Of a DNA stretch of 64,000 nt, positions 46,991-58,901 are shown piece by piece. The position numbers and the translations under genes were made by a program. A model generated the notes under the pieces. That model was not told the origin of the DNA. It ran no database searches and saw nothing but the letters and a program-made list of their open reading frames with translations. Numbering within the stretch: the stretch's first letter is position 1; each line of letters starts with the position of its first letter. This DNA is from a cyanobacterium endosymbiont of Rhopalodia gibba (GTDB lineage: Bacteria; Cyanobacteriota; Cyanobacteriia; Cyanobacteriales; Microcystaceae), in contig CP067995.1 of the NCBI GenBank assembly GCA_045159875.1, positions 1,280,001 through 1,344,000 on the forward strand. Direction: 5' to 3'.

Positions 46991-47325
46991 TTAGGAAATT
47001 GACTGATGTAATATCAATTGATTTTTGGCAGGATTGTAAGCATAGATTTTCTTGTCCTGAGAAACAAGAGTAATAGAATTAGATAACTCAGCCCTCAATG
47101 AATTTAAACAGGTGATCGCTGTTTCTAAATTTTCTATTTCTAAACAGAGATTCATACTATCATTTAGGATGAAAAATACCTAACTATAATTCAGATAGCT
47201 GAAATTCAACATAACGTTTGGGAAGATGGGGATTAGGAGATTTGGCTAAAAGTTATAAGTAAAATATAACTATAGTACTAAAATTTACGGTAGCTACAGT
47301 AACAAATGCCGTCTGACAATTTAAA
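46991..47325 (-). pseudogene. VOC/glyoxalase family pseudogene
   Basis: QTAFVTVATVNF..FYL*LLAK..YVEFQLSEL*LGIFHPK..MNLCLEIENLETAI..KIYAYNPAKNQLILHQS, resembling SLCLEV..REIYAYDPDGNRLILHQS. Confidence 0.75.
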
Positions 47326-47621
47326 CTTAGATATTACACTAACACAAAAAACATTCCTACAGCATTTACTATGCTTAACTAACAACTAATAAAAGACTAA
47401 AGCCTTGTTTATGCACTCTTTAGAGTCTAAGTTCATGATTTGCAATAGCTTAATATAACTTATACTGTAGCACCTAAAAAAAATTTAATGAAGAACGTAA
47501 AGACAATTAATTTAAAACAGTTACCGTCAGGTTTAAAACCTGTTTTAGTGTTGACCGTTACGGTATTTCTTTTTCTTAACTAGCTAATTTTAAATAAAAC
47601 ACAAAATCTTAAGTAAAATCA

Positions 47622-48383
47622 TTAATCAGGTAAAGTTAAAATTTCTACCCCTGTTTCTGTTACCGCCAGAGTATGTTCAAATTGAGCTGAAAGTTTACCG
47701 TCTTTCGTAATTGCTGTCCAGCCATCGTTTAACACTACCGCTTCCCAGGTTCCTTCATTAATCATCGGTTCAATCGTAAATACCATCCCTGGACGGATGC
47801 GTTTTCCTTTTCCCCGTTGTCCAAAATGGGGGATTTGAGGAGGTGTATGGAAAATATTGCTAACCCCATGACCAACAAAATCTCTAACTACTGAGAAACC
47901 GTAGGATTCAGCGTATTCTTGAATTGCCGCTCCAATATCCCCAATTTTAGCTCCAGGCTTCACCACAGCAATCCCCCTTCTTAAACACTCTTCTGTAACT
48001 TCTACTAATTGTCGAGCTTTTGAGGAAGGAGTTCCGACAAAAAAAGTACGGGAGGTATCACCGTGATAACCATCAAGAATAGGTGTAACATCAATATTGA
48101 TAATGTCCCCCTCTTTGAGAATTTGCCTAGCACTAGGGATGCCATGACAAATCACCTCGTTGAGGCTAGTACAAATTGATTTAGGAAAGCCATGATAACC
48201 TAGAGGCGCGCTAGTAGCGTTGTGCGATTGAGTCCAACGTTCAGCTTCGTCATTCAAGTACAAAGTACTTACGCCTGACTTTACCATTGGGGCTAGATGA
48301 TTTAATAACTCGGCTGCTAAACGTCCAGCTCGTCGCATTTTTTCTATTTCTCGTTTCGATAATAGGGTGATTGTTTCTCCCAT
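47622..48383 (-). CDS. map: type I methionine aminopeptidase
   Basis: CHGIP, DVT, GDTSRT, GHG, TIEPMIN, QFEHT. Confidence 0.97.
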   Translation of the reverse strand: MGETITLLSKREIEKMRRAGRLAAELLNHLAPMVKSGVSTLYLNDEAERWTQSHNATSAPLGYHGFPKSICTSLNEVICHGIPSARQILKEGDIINIDVTPILDGYHGDTSRTFFVGTPSSKARQLVEVTEECLRRGIAVVKPGAKIGDIGAAIQEYAESYGFSVVRDFVGHGVSNIFHTPPQIPHFGQRGKGKRIRPGMVFTIEPMINEGTWEAVVLNDGWTAITKDGKLSAQFEHTLAVTETGVEILTLPD

Positions 48384-49369
48384 CAGTTTTATCAATAATT
48401 AGACATATAGGACCAGATTCTAGCATCTTTTTGAACAAAATACATTAATTAAAAATAAAAAAATGGATTTTAAGTACATTTATTATTACTTGCTGCTCTA
48501 CAATAGAAAATTTATTGGTAGAAAAGTAATTAGAAGCGTGGGGAGAGTAATTATTTAAAATTGTTTTTTTACAAAAATAAAAAGATAATTTTTTTTTACG
48601 ACCAAAGAGGAAAGGTTTAAACCGTTTTAAGTCGAAAATCACTTCAGAAAACCCTAGGGCTTCTAATTTGTGCGGTAAGTTATTATTCTCTCCTAATTAT
48701 TAATTTTAGTTTCATATTGATCATTAATGAACCGTAGTTTAGCAGTTAGGGCATTTATGCATAAGAAATATTGATAATATACCGAATATATTGATTTTTA
48801 GTAATCAATATAAAAAATAATATTAATTTTCAAACTATTATTAAACTTTAATTTTCTAGGTTGTTGAAAACAGAAAGAAAATTTAAGTTAACTTCCGGAA
48901 AAATACGTAATACTTCTCTTCGAGAAAAAAGGTAAAAATATCAATAAAAAAACGAAGATAACAATTGATTGATTTATATACCATAAATATATTCTAGAAA
49001 CAATACTCAAAAATAGCATTCATCTTAAATTAAGATGTAAATAAATGTTGCAAGTTCTGCGTTTTGCAATAATTAATTATTATTTAGTGTATACAAATAA
49101 GCTACTTAGTTAAATACCAATCAAACTATAAAAGGAAATAATAGCATCTATAATTTTACTAAATTTATAGTCCAGTACAGAATTTAATAGGAGGGGAATG
49201 ACATCAGATAAAACTTATGAAATTACTGAAGTGATGTTCATAGATGAATATAATTTAGCCAAGACAAATGAAACAAAGTATTGCCAGAAAAAGTTGCTCT
49301 GAAGAATATAGGTTAAATCAATATAGATTAAGCTTTAATTGTCTATTTTCAATATAAGAAAACAAGAGT

Positions 49370-49415
49370 AGTGGCTCTAATATAGATATCTTTTAAGATT
49401 TATATTAGAGCCACT
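49370..49415. repeat. inverted repeat, 15-bp perfect arms
   Basis: AGTGGCTCTAATATA-N16-TATATTAGAGCCACT. Confidence 0.88.
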
Positions 49416-49570
49416 TTCTTAGTTTAATGGATAAAATTTAATTCTCCACTGATATCGCGATCACCATCATTATTAATCTGTAACTTTATTAAAGCTAAGA
49501 CTTAATATTTTTTGAGAGTACACCCAAAATTTAGATATTAAGTGTGATATAGTCAGAGTGTAGTCAACAT

Positions 49571-49645
49571 ATCGCACATTCAGGACTTCGGGTGTTTCTT
49601 GTGAGAAATCCATCTGAATGGAAGATAAACCCGAATAGGAGAAAG
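49571..49645 (+). promoter_or_regulatory. rpsB 5' leader (uS2 autoregulatory RNA-like)
   Basis: CGCACAT..TTCGGGTG..AACCCGAA stem just upstream of SD AGGAG. Confidence 0.6.
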
Positions 49646-49651
49646 TAAAAA

Positions 49652-50485
49652 ATGTCAGTTGTTTCCCTTGCAGAATTGCTAGAGTCTGGAGTTCACTTCG
49701 GTCATCAAACCCGCCGATGGAACCCAAAAATGGACCCTTATATTTACACAGCTCGTAATGGGGTTCATATCATAGATTTAGTACAAACCGCCCAATTAAT
49801 GGAAGATGCTTACGAATATGTACGCGTCTCTTCAAGCAAAGGGAAGCGGTTTCTTTTTGTGGGAACCAAACGTCAAGCAGCTGGGATTATTGCTCAAGAA
49901 GCCTCTCGTTGTGGAGCAAATTACGTTAACCAACGTTGGTTAGGAGGAATGCTCACCAACTGGGAAACCATAAAAACCCGGGTTGAACGCCTCAAGGAAT
50001 TGGAGTCTATGGAAACTAGTGGAAACCTGGCTCGCCGTCCCAAGAAAGAAGGATCGATGTTAAGACGAGAACTAGGGAAACTTGATAAGTACCTAGGTGG
50101 GATTAAAACTATGCGCAAACCACCCGATGTGGTTGTCATTGTCGATCAACGACGGGAATACAATGCGATTTCTGAGTGCCAAAAACTAGGAATTCCTATT
50201 ATTTCTCTTCTAGATACTAACTGTGATCCTGATTTTGCTGATATTCCTATTCCGGCTAACGACGATGCTATTCGTTCAATTAAGCTTATTTTAGGTAAAT
50301 TAGCTGATGCTATTTATGAAGGTCGTCATGGTGAACTTAACTCCCAAGATGATTACGAGGAGTTTGAAGAAAATCTCGAAGGAGATGATTATGAGGACTA
50401 TGATGATTATGAGAAAGAAGAGGATGAGACAGAAAGTGTAGAACCACAAGAGATCGTTGCTGAAACGAATCATGAGGAGGAGTAA
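49652..50485 (+). CDS. rpsB: 30S ribosomal protein S2
   Basis: [29 protein letters not shown]; acidic tail. Confidence 0.99.
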   Translation: MSVVSLAELLESGVHFGHQTRRWNPKMDPYIYTARNGVHIIDLVQTAQLMEDAYEYVRVSSSKGKRFLFVGTKRQAAGIIAQEASRCGANYVNQRWLGGMLTNWETIKTRVERLKELESMETSGNLARRPKKEGSMLRRELGKLDKYLGGIKTMRKPPDVVVIVDQRREYNAISECQKLGIPIISLLDTNCDPDFADIPIPANDDAIRSIKLILGKLADAIYEGRHGELNSQDDYEEFEENLEGDDYEDYDDYEKEEDETESVEPQEIVAETNHEEE

Positions 50486-50856
50486 ATTCGCCTTATTTTA
50501 GGTCTAAGTTTACGGGATGTCTTTGTAATATCTAGACATTCCTCCCCATTCTGGTTAAATAAAATAACCACTACCAAATTTCCTTATGATTTAAAGAGAA
50601 ATTGTAGAGTGTAACTTGTGATAGGATTCTAAGATGGGTCGAAAAATACCTACTGAGGGTCACTCAAGCCGACAGGGTAATTTAGGAAAAATGATCAAGA
50701 AAACCTAATTAGTCTGGAAGTCCAAATATCGAAACACTAATTCGATAGAAAAGATGTAGCAGATAGTGATGTTGCTGAGAATCTAAGACGGCAACTACAG
50801 TTTGATCTTAGCGGTTCAAGTCATTACAGTTAAAGCATTAGGAACATAAAGTTAAC

Positions 50857-51528
50857 ATGACGGAAATCTCAGCAAAACAGGTTAAAGAGCTTCGAGAAAA
50901 AACGGGTGCTGGCATGATGGATTGCAAGAAAGCACTTAAAGAAAACCGAGGCGAAATGACTAAAGCCATAGAATGGCTACGGCAAAAAGGAATCACCTCA
51001 GCCGAGAAAAAATCTGGACGACAAACGGCAGAAGGATTGGTGGAAAGTTATATTCACACGGGAGGCCGCATTGGGGTTCTCGTAGAAGTTAACTGCGAAA
51101 CTGACTTTGTTGCTCGCAGAGATGAATTTAAAAATCTTGTTCGCAATGTAGCTATGCAAATTGCCGCTTGTCCTAATGTAGAGTATATTCAAGGGGCAGA
51201 TATTCCAGAAACCGTAATCGCTAAGGAAAAAGAAATCGAGATGGGGCGAGATGACCTAGCTAATAAACCTGACAACATCAAGGAAAAGATTGTTCAAGGA
51301 CGTATTGACAAACGGATCAAAGAATTATCTTTGATGAACCAACCCTATATTCGCGACCAAAACATTGATATCGAAGAGTTGATTAAACAAACCATTTCTC
51401 AACTAGGGGAAAATATTCAAGTCCGCCGTTTTACTCGCTTTGTTCTTGGAGAAGGGATTGAAAAGGTGGAAAGCAATTTTGCCAAAGAGGTAGCAGAACA
51501 AACTGGTCAAATAAGTTCTGAGCTATAA
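50857..51528 (+). CDS. tsf: elongation factor Ts
   Basis: [26 protein letters not shown]. Confidence 0.98.
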   Translation: MTEISAKQVKELREKTGAGMMDCKKALKENRGEMTKAIEWLRQKGITSAEKKSGRQTAEGLVESYIHTGGRIGVLVEVNCETDFVARRDEFKNLVRNVAMQIAACPNVEYIQGADIPETVIAKEKEIEMGRDDLANKPDNIKEKIVQGRIDKRIKELSLMNQPYIRDQNIDIEELIKQTISQLGENIQVRRFTRFVLGEGIEKVESNFAKEVAEQTGQISSEL

Positions 51529-51681
51529 GTTATAGTAGAAGAGAAAGTCGAAGAAGTTTCTCCTCAAACTAGGAACTTCTACAAGAATAGAGTCGGCTTC
51601 GTCCGCTGAAGCTGAAATACCTTAAAGACCCTTTGCAAAAAAGGGAAAAGAAAGGGTAGTCTTCTTTTTATATAGACTTTT

Positions 51682-51732
51682 TGTCAAAGGCAAAAGAAAG
51701 AGCAATATTGCCAAACTTTTGCCTTTTTGACA
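51682..51732 (+). terminator. hairpin after rpsB-tsf
   Basis: TGTCAAAGGCAAAAG...CTTTTGCCTTTTTGACA. Confidence 0.45.
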
Positions 51733-51793
51733 TTAATCGTCAATCTACTAAGTAAACTAGTAGTTAGAAAGTTATCTAAATCGATCTTAAATT

Positions 51794-52648
51794 ATGTCCA
51801 AATCTCTCCAGCAAATTAGACAGGATCTTACAGTCTTTGAAGAGAAAACTAAGGAACTTGCACTTGAATTAAATCGACTTTATAGTAACTACTTAAAATC
51901 TTTGAGTAAATCGGTTCAACAACAATTGATTTTAGCTTGCTATCATATTTGTACTCAAATTTATCCTGAACAATTTTTAAAATTATCTTTTAGTAAAAGG
52001 GAAAACCTACAAAATAATTTACGTAAATTAGGTCAAGGAATTCAAGACCAAATTTTATCTTATTCAGAACCTCCTTCTTCTGTTCTACAGACTACCGTTA
52101 AGGAGCAAATAGTATCGTTATCTGAGTTAGAAGAACCTTCATCTAAGATAGATGATTCAGAAGCAGAGCCAGAATCTCAAGTTTTAAAAATTGAAAATCC
52201 TGAAGAGTTAGTGAACTGGTGTAAGACGATAGAACATAAAATTAATGATACTTTAGAAAGTCTTTCTAAAAAAGCTAATAATTATTTGCAGCAAGCTCAA
52301 ATAATTCCTCCTAATTTACCTCCTCAGTTATTAGAAATAGATTTTAAAGCTGAAGAAGGAGAAGTATCTGCTGGGAGAACACCTAACATCATTAATTTGT
52401 TGGTGGAGACTAATCGAGAAAAAAGGGGAAAAGGAGAAGAATCTGAATTGGAAATTACTAGATTTTCTGCTATTCAGTTACAATTATCGGAAATCGTCTT
52501 TACTAATGCGACTTTAAGCCTGAAACGTAAAGAAATTCGTAAGTTTTTAGAAAAATTAAAAAAAATACATCAAAGTTATTGTCAAGCGCAACAGGAATAC
52601 GCAAAAGTAGAGGCCGAAACGGCTTGGCGTTCGAGTTGGCATGAATAG
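51794..52648 (+). CDS. conserved cyanobacterial hypothetical protein
   Basis: QLILACYHICTQIYPEQFL and AEAETAWRSSW motifs; intact. Confidence 0.8.
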   Translation: MSKSLQQIRQDLTVFEEKTKELALELNRLYSNYLKSLSKSVQQQLILACYHICTQIYPEQFLKLSFSKRENLQNNLRKLGQGIQDQILSYSEPPSSVLQTTVKEQIVSLSELEEPSSKIDDSEAEPESQVLKIENPEELVNWCKTIEHKINDTLESLSKKANNYLQQAQIIPPNLPPQLLEIDFKAEEGEVSAGRTPNIINLLVETNREKRGKGEESELEITRFSAIQLQLSEIVFTNATLSLKRKEIRKFLEKLKKIHQSYCQAQQEYAKVEAETAWRSSWHE

Positions 52649-52688
52649 TGATTTCATATTAGAAAAACACAAAAGAAAAGTTAACTTA

Positions 52689-54377
52689 TCAACTTTTTTG
52701 CTCAAAAGAATTGTTGATTTTTTCCTGATTCATCAAGGCAATTATGGAACGCAAAAAAAATAACCCAAATAACCCTGATAATCCAAAACCAATCACAGCC
52801 AATTTTAAATATGTGGCGATGACTAATATAAAAGTTAATAACAAAGTAAATCCTGTCAAACATGTATAAATTAAGCATTTAATCCCTAAACTAATAAGTT
52901 TAAGGTTTCTTTTGTTTTCTAGATAACGAATCCGAAATTGCAGTTCCTCTTGGTCAATTTTTTGCACTAGCCTTTGTATTAATCGATTAGTTGAGTTGGG
53001 ATTTTGCCAGTTTTTTTTTATAAAGTCTTTTACTTGTTGAGCTGTGGCACTAATCAATATTCCTTGTCCATTACTTAAGGCAATACTTTTAACAAAAGGT
53101 TTGCTTGCTGCTAACAAATTATATTGAGGATCTAGTGCACGAGCAATACCATCGAGGGTAATTAAAGATTTAATAATAAACGTCATCTGAGGCGGTAAAC
53201 GAAAGGGTTGTTTTTTAAACATTAAATATACTTCATCGCTAATCACTTCAAATGCTTTAATATCTACCGGTTTATCTCGAAAATTTTCCAAGATAAATCC
53301 AACAATCCGTTTGATAGAACTCATGTCTTTCAACGGTTCAATTAACCCCATATAGACTAAAGTTTCAACTACTTTATCTGTATCTCTTTTTAAGACAGCA
53401 AAAAAAGTTTGAATCATTTGTTCTTTGGCCATCAAGTTAACTTCTGCCATAGAACCAAAATCATAAAAAATTAACGCCCCTCTTTGACTTACAGCCATAT
53501 TTCCAGGGTGAGGATCTGATTGAAAAAAGCCATCAATTAATAATTGTTTTAGATAAGAACAAATTCCTAGTTGAATGATGTTATCTAAATCAATTCTGCT
53601 ATGCTTTAAAGTGGTACGATCATCTACTTTAATTCCTGGTAGATATTCTAATACTAAGATTTTTTTAGTAGTATATTTCCAATAAACTTTAGGAACTTTA
53701 ATTTGCGAGTAGTGTTTGAAGTTTTTTCGAAACCGCTCGGCATTTTTACCTTCACGGATATAATCTATTTCTTGGAATAAAAGCTCAAAAAATTCTTTAT
53801 AAATTGCTTCGAGCTGATATTGTCTAAAATTAGAAAAATAGCGATTAAGTAAACGAATTAAATTATGTAGAATTTCAAAATCTAAATTAAAAATTTTTTC
53901 TAATCCAGTCCGTTGAACTTTAACAACAACTTCTTCTCCTGTATACAATTTAGCGCGATGAACTTGTCCTAAACTTGCTGAGGCTAGAGGGATTGACTTA
54001 AAGTCCTTAAATAACTCATCGATTGACTTACCCAGTTCAGTTTCTATTACTTTGATTGCCTCATCGGAATTAAAAGAAGGAACTCGATCTTGTAATTGAC
54101 TCAATTCTTGAATATATTCAAAGGGAATAAGATCAACACGAGTAGAAAGAGATTGACCGATTTTAATAAATGTTGGACCTAATTCTAACAAGTTTTTTAC
54201 CAACCATCTTGCACGTTTGTGTCTACGTTTAGAGGAATTATTTCGAATCAGTTTATCCCATCCTAAACCTAAAAAAAATTTAAAACTAACCCAAAAAATT
54301 TCCCATTGACGCATCATAGGAGAGAGTTTAGAGCGTTGCCAACGTGGCGATTTAGACAATACTTTCTGGGTAATCAT
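52689..54377 (-). CDS. AarF/ABC1/UbiB kinase family protein
   Basis: LGPTFIKIGQ, ASASLGQVH, VKVQR, DPHPGN, YDFG. Confidence 0.95.
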   Translation of the reverse strand: MITQKVLSKSPRWQRSKLSPMMRQWEIFWVSFKFFLGLGWDKLIRNNSSKRRHKRARWLVKNLLELGPTFIKIGQSLSTRVDLIPFEYIQELSQLQDRVPSFNSDEAIKVIETELGKSIDELFKDFKSIPLASASLGQVHRAKLYTGEEVVVKVQRTGLEKIFNLDFEILHNLIRLLNRYFSNFRQYQLEAIYKEFFELLFQEIDYIREGKNAERFRKNFKHYSQIKVPKVYWKYTTKKILVLEYLPGIKVDDRTTLKHSRIDLDNIIQLGICSYLKQLLIDGFFQSDPHPGNMAVSQRGALIFYDFGSMAEVNLMAKEQMIQTFFAVLKRDTDKVVETLVYMGLIEPLKDMSSIKRIVGFILENFRDKPVDIKAFEVISDEVYLMFKKQPFRLPPQMTFIIKSLITLDGIARALDPQYNLLAASKPFVKSIALSNGQGILISATAQQVKDFIKKNWQNPNSTNRLIQRLVQKIDQEELQFRIRYLENKRNLKLISLGIKCLIYTCLTGFTLLLTFILVIATYLKLAVIGFGLSGLFGLFFLRSIIALMNQEKINNSFEQKS

Positions 54378-55987
54378 AAAAATCGAAGATAGCTATTAAG
54401 TAATAACTTAATCTTACAACAATTATACCTGATTCAAGATTACCTATTAATTCATGAGTTATTTTAATAATATAATTAATCTATTATACTACTTCTTTTA
54501 AAAGAGTTAATCCTAGGCTAATAATAGTAATTAATCTCCGTACAAATCACCAATTGTTATCCATAAAAAAGCTGAAGAAAAATTAATACAAATTAACTGT
54601 CAAGACAATGATTTACATCTTTATAAGAACATCGACTAAAATTGCGTAAGGTAATTATAGTTTTAGGAATTTTTATATAGTTTTTTATGTATTTTTCAGG
54701 AGAACAGAAGTATTCAAAATTCTCAAAAATACTAGATATTTCGAATATTTCTTCATAAAATTAGTATCCCTTGATAGACTCCTAAGAAGTCAAGTTAGTA
54801 GTTTAATTCTCCGATAGTAGCTGATTGAAGCTGACCTCTAAATTAAAAAATATAAATTTTTAAATTTTTTGAAAAATATTTTTTATCTCTTCAATTTATA
54901 TTTTTATTTTAGTTTAAATAAAGATAAAACGTTAATTTTTCTGACTTCAATATTTTATATTCTAAGTGTATATTTCTTTTTTTTATTGAGTTTAGTTTTT
55001 TTATTTTTTTTAGAAAATATATAATTGCTCTTTAATAAGATCATGAGTGAATTCTTTTTTGTAGATAATTACAATTACTTTTCTACTCAAAATTTGAATA
55101 AAAAAAGTTAAAATTTTGTAAATTTTATTTCTAATAATAACAAATCAATATTATTGATTTTTCGCTTGTTACATACAAGTTGTTTACAACTTATTCTCCA
55201 CTAAAGTTTAAGTATAGACTTCTATCTTAAAGACTACAGATACTTCGACTAAAGAGTAATTAGTAGAAGTTTTTTTAAAATATAAATTACCGATGATAGA
55301 TAGTTTTAAATAATTAAAGTTACAAGCGATTACTATACATACTATACAATCAAATATAAATTTAATTTTCTCTATCGCAATTAGATTAATTCTTCTATCA
55401 AATATCGTTTGTTTTCTAAAATAAATTCTTATAAAAGAATAGTAAAATTGTGTGATAAGATACCATTGATTTCTTTGGTAAAACTAATAATTATCCTCAT
55501 TATTAGTGGTTAGGATTGGCTTGTCAATCTAAGGTTAAAATATTAACTATTACAGGATTTATTCAGAAATTTGAGACCTATTTCTAGCTGTTCAGCTAAT
55601 AAATTAAAATAATTCCCAATTATCTATCTTAGTAACAATGAGATGAGTACTTGATGGTGTCACCTTTTAATCGGCAATGTTTTGAATAGTATAAATAATT
55701 TATTGTTAGAAATTGTAGAATTAAATTCTAGAATTTTCTAGAATATAGAATTTCAATACTACCCTATTTCTAGGAATTGAATGAACAATTTGGAGATAAA
55801 CAGTTATTATTAATGAGTCACCGTTTGCTGCCAACCATTCGCTGATAACTCAAAATAGTTTTTTGCTCTACTTCTTTTTATTGGATGGTCTAGTCCACTA
55901 AGAAATTTTTGCTTAGATTCAATTGGATTTACACTTCAATTATGACAAGAACTCAACGCGTCATAGAATAGTTTTTTAGGAAAAGTT

Positions 55988-57550
55988 TTACAAACCTAGA
56001 TCAACGGCAATACGATGGCTGCAAGCAAACCCCGAGAAGGCAACTGCATTTAATCCTTGTCCAGGAAAAGTACTGTCTCCCACACAATAAAGTCCAGTGA
56101 TCCCAGTTTGGTTAAAAGGCATTCCCAACAACCCGGCTAATTTCCGCTTTGGAATAGGTCCATAGGTTCCGTCATCTCGTCCTAAAAACCGTCGATGAGT
56201 ACGAGGGGTTCCCACCTCTTGATAGTCCAAAGCTTGACTTAAACCTGGAAAAATCTTTTCTAACCTTTCAATTAAATCATTAGTAGCTCTTTTTTTTTGT
56301 TTTTGGTATTCTCTCGCAGAAAGTCCTTGCCATTCTTTAATCCAGCTTGGGGTAAAGGTGTGGATAATATGATGATCACGAGGAGCTAAACTCGGATCAA
56401 GAAGCGTAGGAATAGAAACAAAAATCGTTCCCTGTTCAGCTTCCATCTTATCCCAATTTTCCAATAAAACGTGATGACATTCGGTTTGAGGAGGCAATAA
56501 ATCAATCTTCACCCCTAAATATAAACTGAGGAAACTGGGGGATTTGTGATAACGATTCCTCCATCGTTTTTCCTTACCCGGCATTACTTTGGGGGTCAAT
56601 AATTTTTCAAAAGTATCCCAACGAGTGGCATTAGAAACAATACGCTTAGCAAAATATTGTTGACCGCTGGCTAATTCTACGCCCACCGCTTTCTTCTTTT
56701 CTAGCAAAATTTTGGTGACTCTAGCCTTATACTGAACTTTTCCCCCTACTTTTTCAAGTCCTTCCACTAATTTCTGGGCAATTTGTCCTACTCCCCCTTT
56801 GGGATAATTAATTCCTCCATAATGACGGTCAGAAAATACCATCCCTGCATTGATCATAGGGGTAAGATCGGACCGAACCACTGACCAACAGTAACATTCC
56901 ATATCAATAAACTTTAATAGTTGGAGATCACTGATATAGCGTCTGGCAATTTCTCCCGCATTTTGCGGTAAATATTTAATCAACTTCAAACAAGCCATGG
57001 GATTTTGAAAAAAGACCCGTGTTAAGTAACGAGGTTCTTCTAAGGAAAGTAACTCCATAGTATTGAGGCAGTTAAAGACTTTCCAACATTCATCGTAAAA
57101 ATGGCGAATTCCTGTTTTCTCCTGCGGAAATTTAGTGATTAATTCTTCTAGAAATTTCTCATAGTCTCGATGAACTTTTAGGTCTAATCCTTGAGGTAAA
57201 TGATAATGAATCTGTACAAGATCTTCAATTGTTTCCAGACTAATGTCAACGGCTTCTAATGCGCGAGTGAGTAAGTTGGTCGTTCCTTTGCTACCAAACC
57301 CGAAAATCATAGACGCACCCACATCAAAGCGATATCCTTCCCGTTCAAAATATCCCGCACTTCCTCCAGGAATTAAATACCGTTCTAATACTAGGACTTT
57401 TGCTCCCTTGGCTGCTAATTGAGTGGCAGTGACTAACCCTCCGATTCCTGAGCCAATCACAATGACATCATAGTCCGAAGTCTTTCCCCTGCCTGTAGCT
57501 ACCATTGTTGAAGACTCGCTTTGTGCAATCATTGTTTTTCTCTTATCCAT
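55988..57550 (-). CDS. crtH: carotenoid isomerase
   Basis: GSGIGG FAD motif, FDVGASMIFG, YCVGDSTFPGQGLNAVAFSG. Confidence 0.92.
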   Translation of the reverse strand: MDKRKTMIAQSESSTMVATGRGKTSDYDVIVIGSGIGGLVTATQLAAKGAKVLVLERYLIPGGSAGYFEREGYRFDVGASMIFGFGSKGTTNLLTRALEAVDISLETIEDLVQIHYHLPQGLDLKVHRDYEKFLEELITKFPQEKTGIRHFYDECWKVFNCLNTMELLSLEEPRYLTRVFFQNPMACLKLIKYLPQNAGEIARRYISDLQLLKFIDMECYCWSVVRSDLTPMINAGMVFSDRHYGGINYPKGGVGQIAQKLVEGLEKVGGKVQYKARVTKILLEKKKAVGVELASGQQYFAKRIVSNATRWDTFEKLLTPKVMPGKEKRWRNRYHKSPSFLSLYLGVKIDLLPPQTECHHVLLENWDKMEAEQGTIFVSIPTLLDPSLAPRDHHIIHTFTPSWIKEWQGLSAREYQKQKKRATNDLIERLEKIFPGLSQALDYQEVGTPRTHRRFLGRDDGTYGPIPKRKLAGLLGMPFNQTGITGLYCVGDSTFPGQGLNAVAFSGFACSHRIAVDLGL

Positions 57551-57995
57551 ATCTTCAGTTGCGATAACAATTGATTAACTTTTCTAGTTTATCTTGTCAA
57601 AGGATAAAAAGATAAGTTTAAAAAATAGGAGAAACGTCCTCATTTTCTTAAAAAATTAAGACTGCTAATCTTTGACAAAAAATATTAGAGATTTACACTA
57701 ACAGGCTTTATTACCTTGAGTTTAACTAATTTTAGAGGTATTATTATAAATAATAATACAGTTGCAACTATAGTCTTTTAAAAAGAACTATTAGTAATCC
57801 TTACTTTGTTTAAAAAAAATTTATATTAATAATTCTCATCGAGAATAGAGATGACAATTTGGTTTAGTATTAATATTTCGTAATCTTTGTTAATCAGATT
57901 TTGGGTGATTTTCCAAGGTTAAATATGATATAAAGTTAAGAATATTTCCTGCTCGTCTTTTTTTGCGAGCGTTGAAGATTATTGATTACCTGATC

Positions 57996-58901
57996 ATGAA
58001 TTTTTTAACGTTTGTTGGAGATTTACTCCAAAATTTGTTGTTTGTAACCCTTATTTTCTGTGGTATTTGTTTGCTATTATATTCGTCTAATTCTTCAAAG
58101 CAAGGTCTTAAGGGCCAATTTAGACGACTAACTTGTTTATTGGAAGATGCTCCCCAAAGTTCTCTGCGTGGACAAGCTTATCCTTTAGCTAGCCCTCTTA
58201 TGACTCCTTTAGCGTGTTTATTAGAAGATGCTCCCCAAAGTTCTTTACGTGGACAAGCTTATCCTTTAGCTAGTCCTCTTATGACTCCTTTAGCGTGTAT
58301 ATGGGAAAAAGGGTGGTATCTTTTTTACCGCCAAAGATTAGCCAAACCTGGGGTTAATTATTGGGAATGGAAAAATTTTCCTCTCGCTACCGAAGTTGTC
58401 CCAGAATTATTATGGTTATGGAGTTTGCCTGAACCTCAAAAAACTTCAAAACTTATACTAGAATCTTTAGCCAAAGAGGATCAGTCTTTTTGGAACCAAG
58501 AAACTATCGATAGGTTTCGCCAATGGCACCACCAAGCTACCCAACGTCTAGGATTAACTAACCTCAAGGCTATTTATCAGGTGTTCTATGGAACATCTTG
58601 GGGACAGTTGCAACCTATTGTAAATGAACATCCTCTCCACCTTAAACGTGCGTTCTTTGATGAGTCATCTCCTTGGTGGAAAATTCTAGACCTTCATCCT
58701 TTCCCCACTTCGTTGCAAGTTGAGCAAACTTATAAGGGTTTAATTCGTCTTTGGCATCCTGATCGAACTCAACATCCTTTAGCTCATTATGTCACAGCTC
58801 GTCTTAATGACGCTTACGAAGAATACCAACTGCGTCAGCAGAGGAATTCTCAAAAACTTGGTTTAGTTCAACAATGGTTCAAATCACGATTTTATTCTTA
58901 A
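57996..58901 (+). CDS. membrane-anchored C-terminal J-domain protein
   Basis: N-terminal TM segment; WWKIL..WHPD..LNDAY J-domain. Confidence 0.85.
   Translation: MNFLTFVGDLLQNLLFVTLIFCGICLLLYSSNSSKQGLKGQFRRLTCLLEDAPQSSLRGQAYPLASPLMTPLACLLEDAPQSSLRGQAYPLASPLMTPLACIWEKGWYLFYRQRLAKPGVNYWEWKNFPLATEVVPELLWLWSLPEPQKTSKLILESLAKEDQSFWNQETIDRFRQWHHQATQRLGLTNLKAIYQVFYGTSWGQLQPIVNEHPLHLKRAFFDESSPWWKILDLHPFPTSLQVEQTYKGLIRLWHPDRTQHPLAHYVTARLNDAYEEYQLRQQRNSQKLGLVQQWFKSRFYS
58134..58295 (+). repeat. 81-bp in-frame tandem duplication (2 copies)
   Basis: CLLEDAPQSSLRGQAYPLASPLMTPLA twice; 4 nucleotide differences. Confidence 0.97.

Noticed and set aside
49198..49302. 34-aa ORF after AGGAGGGG
   Set aside because: No recognisable motif; probably decayed sequence
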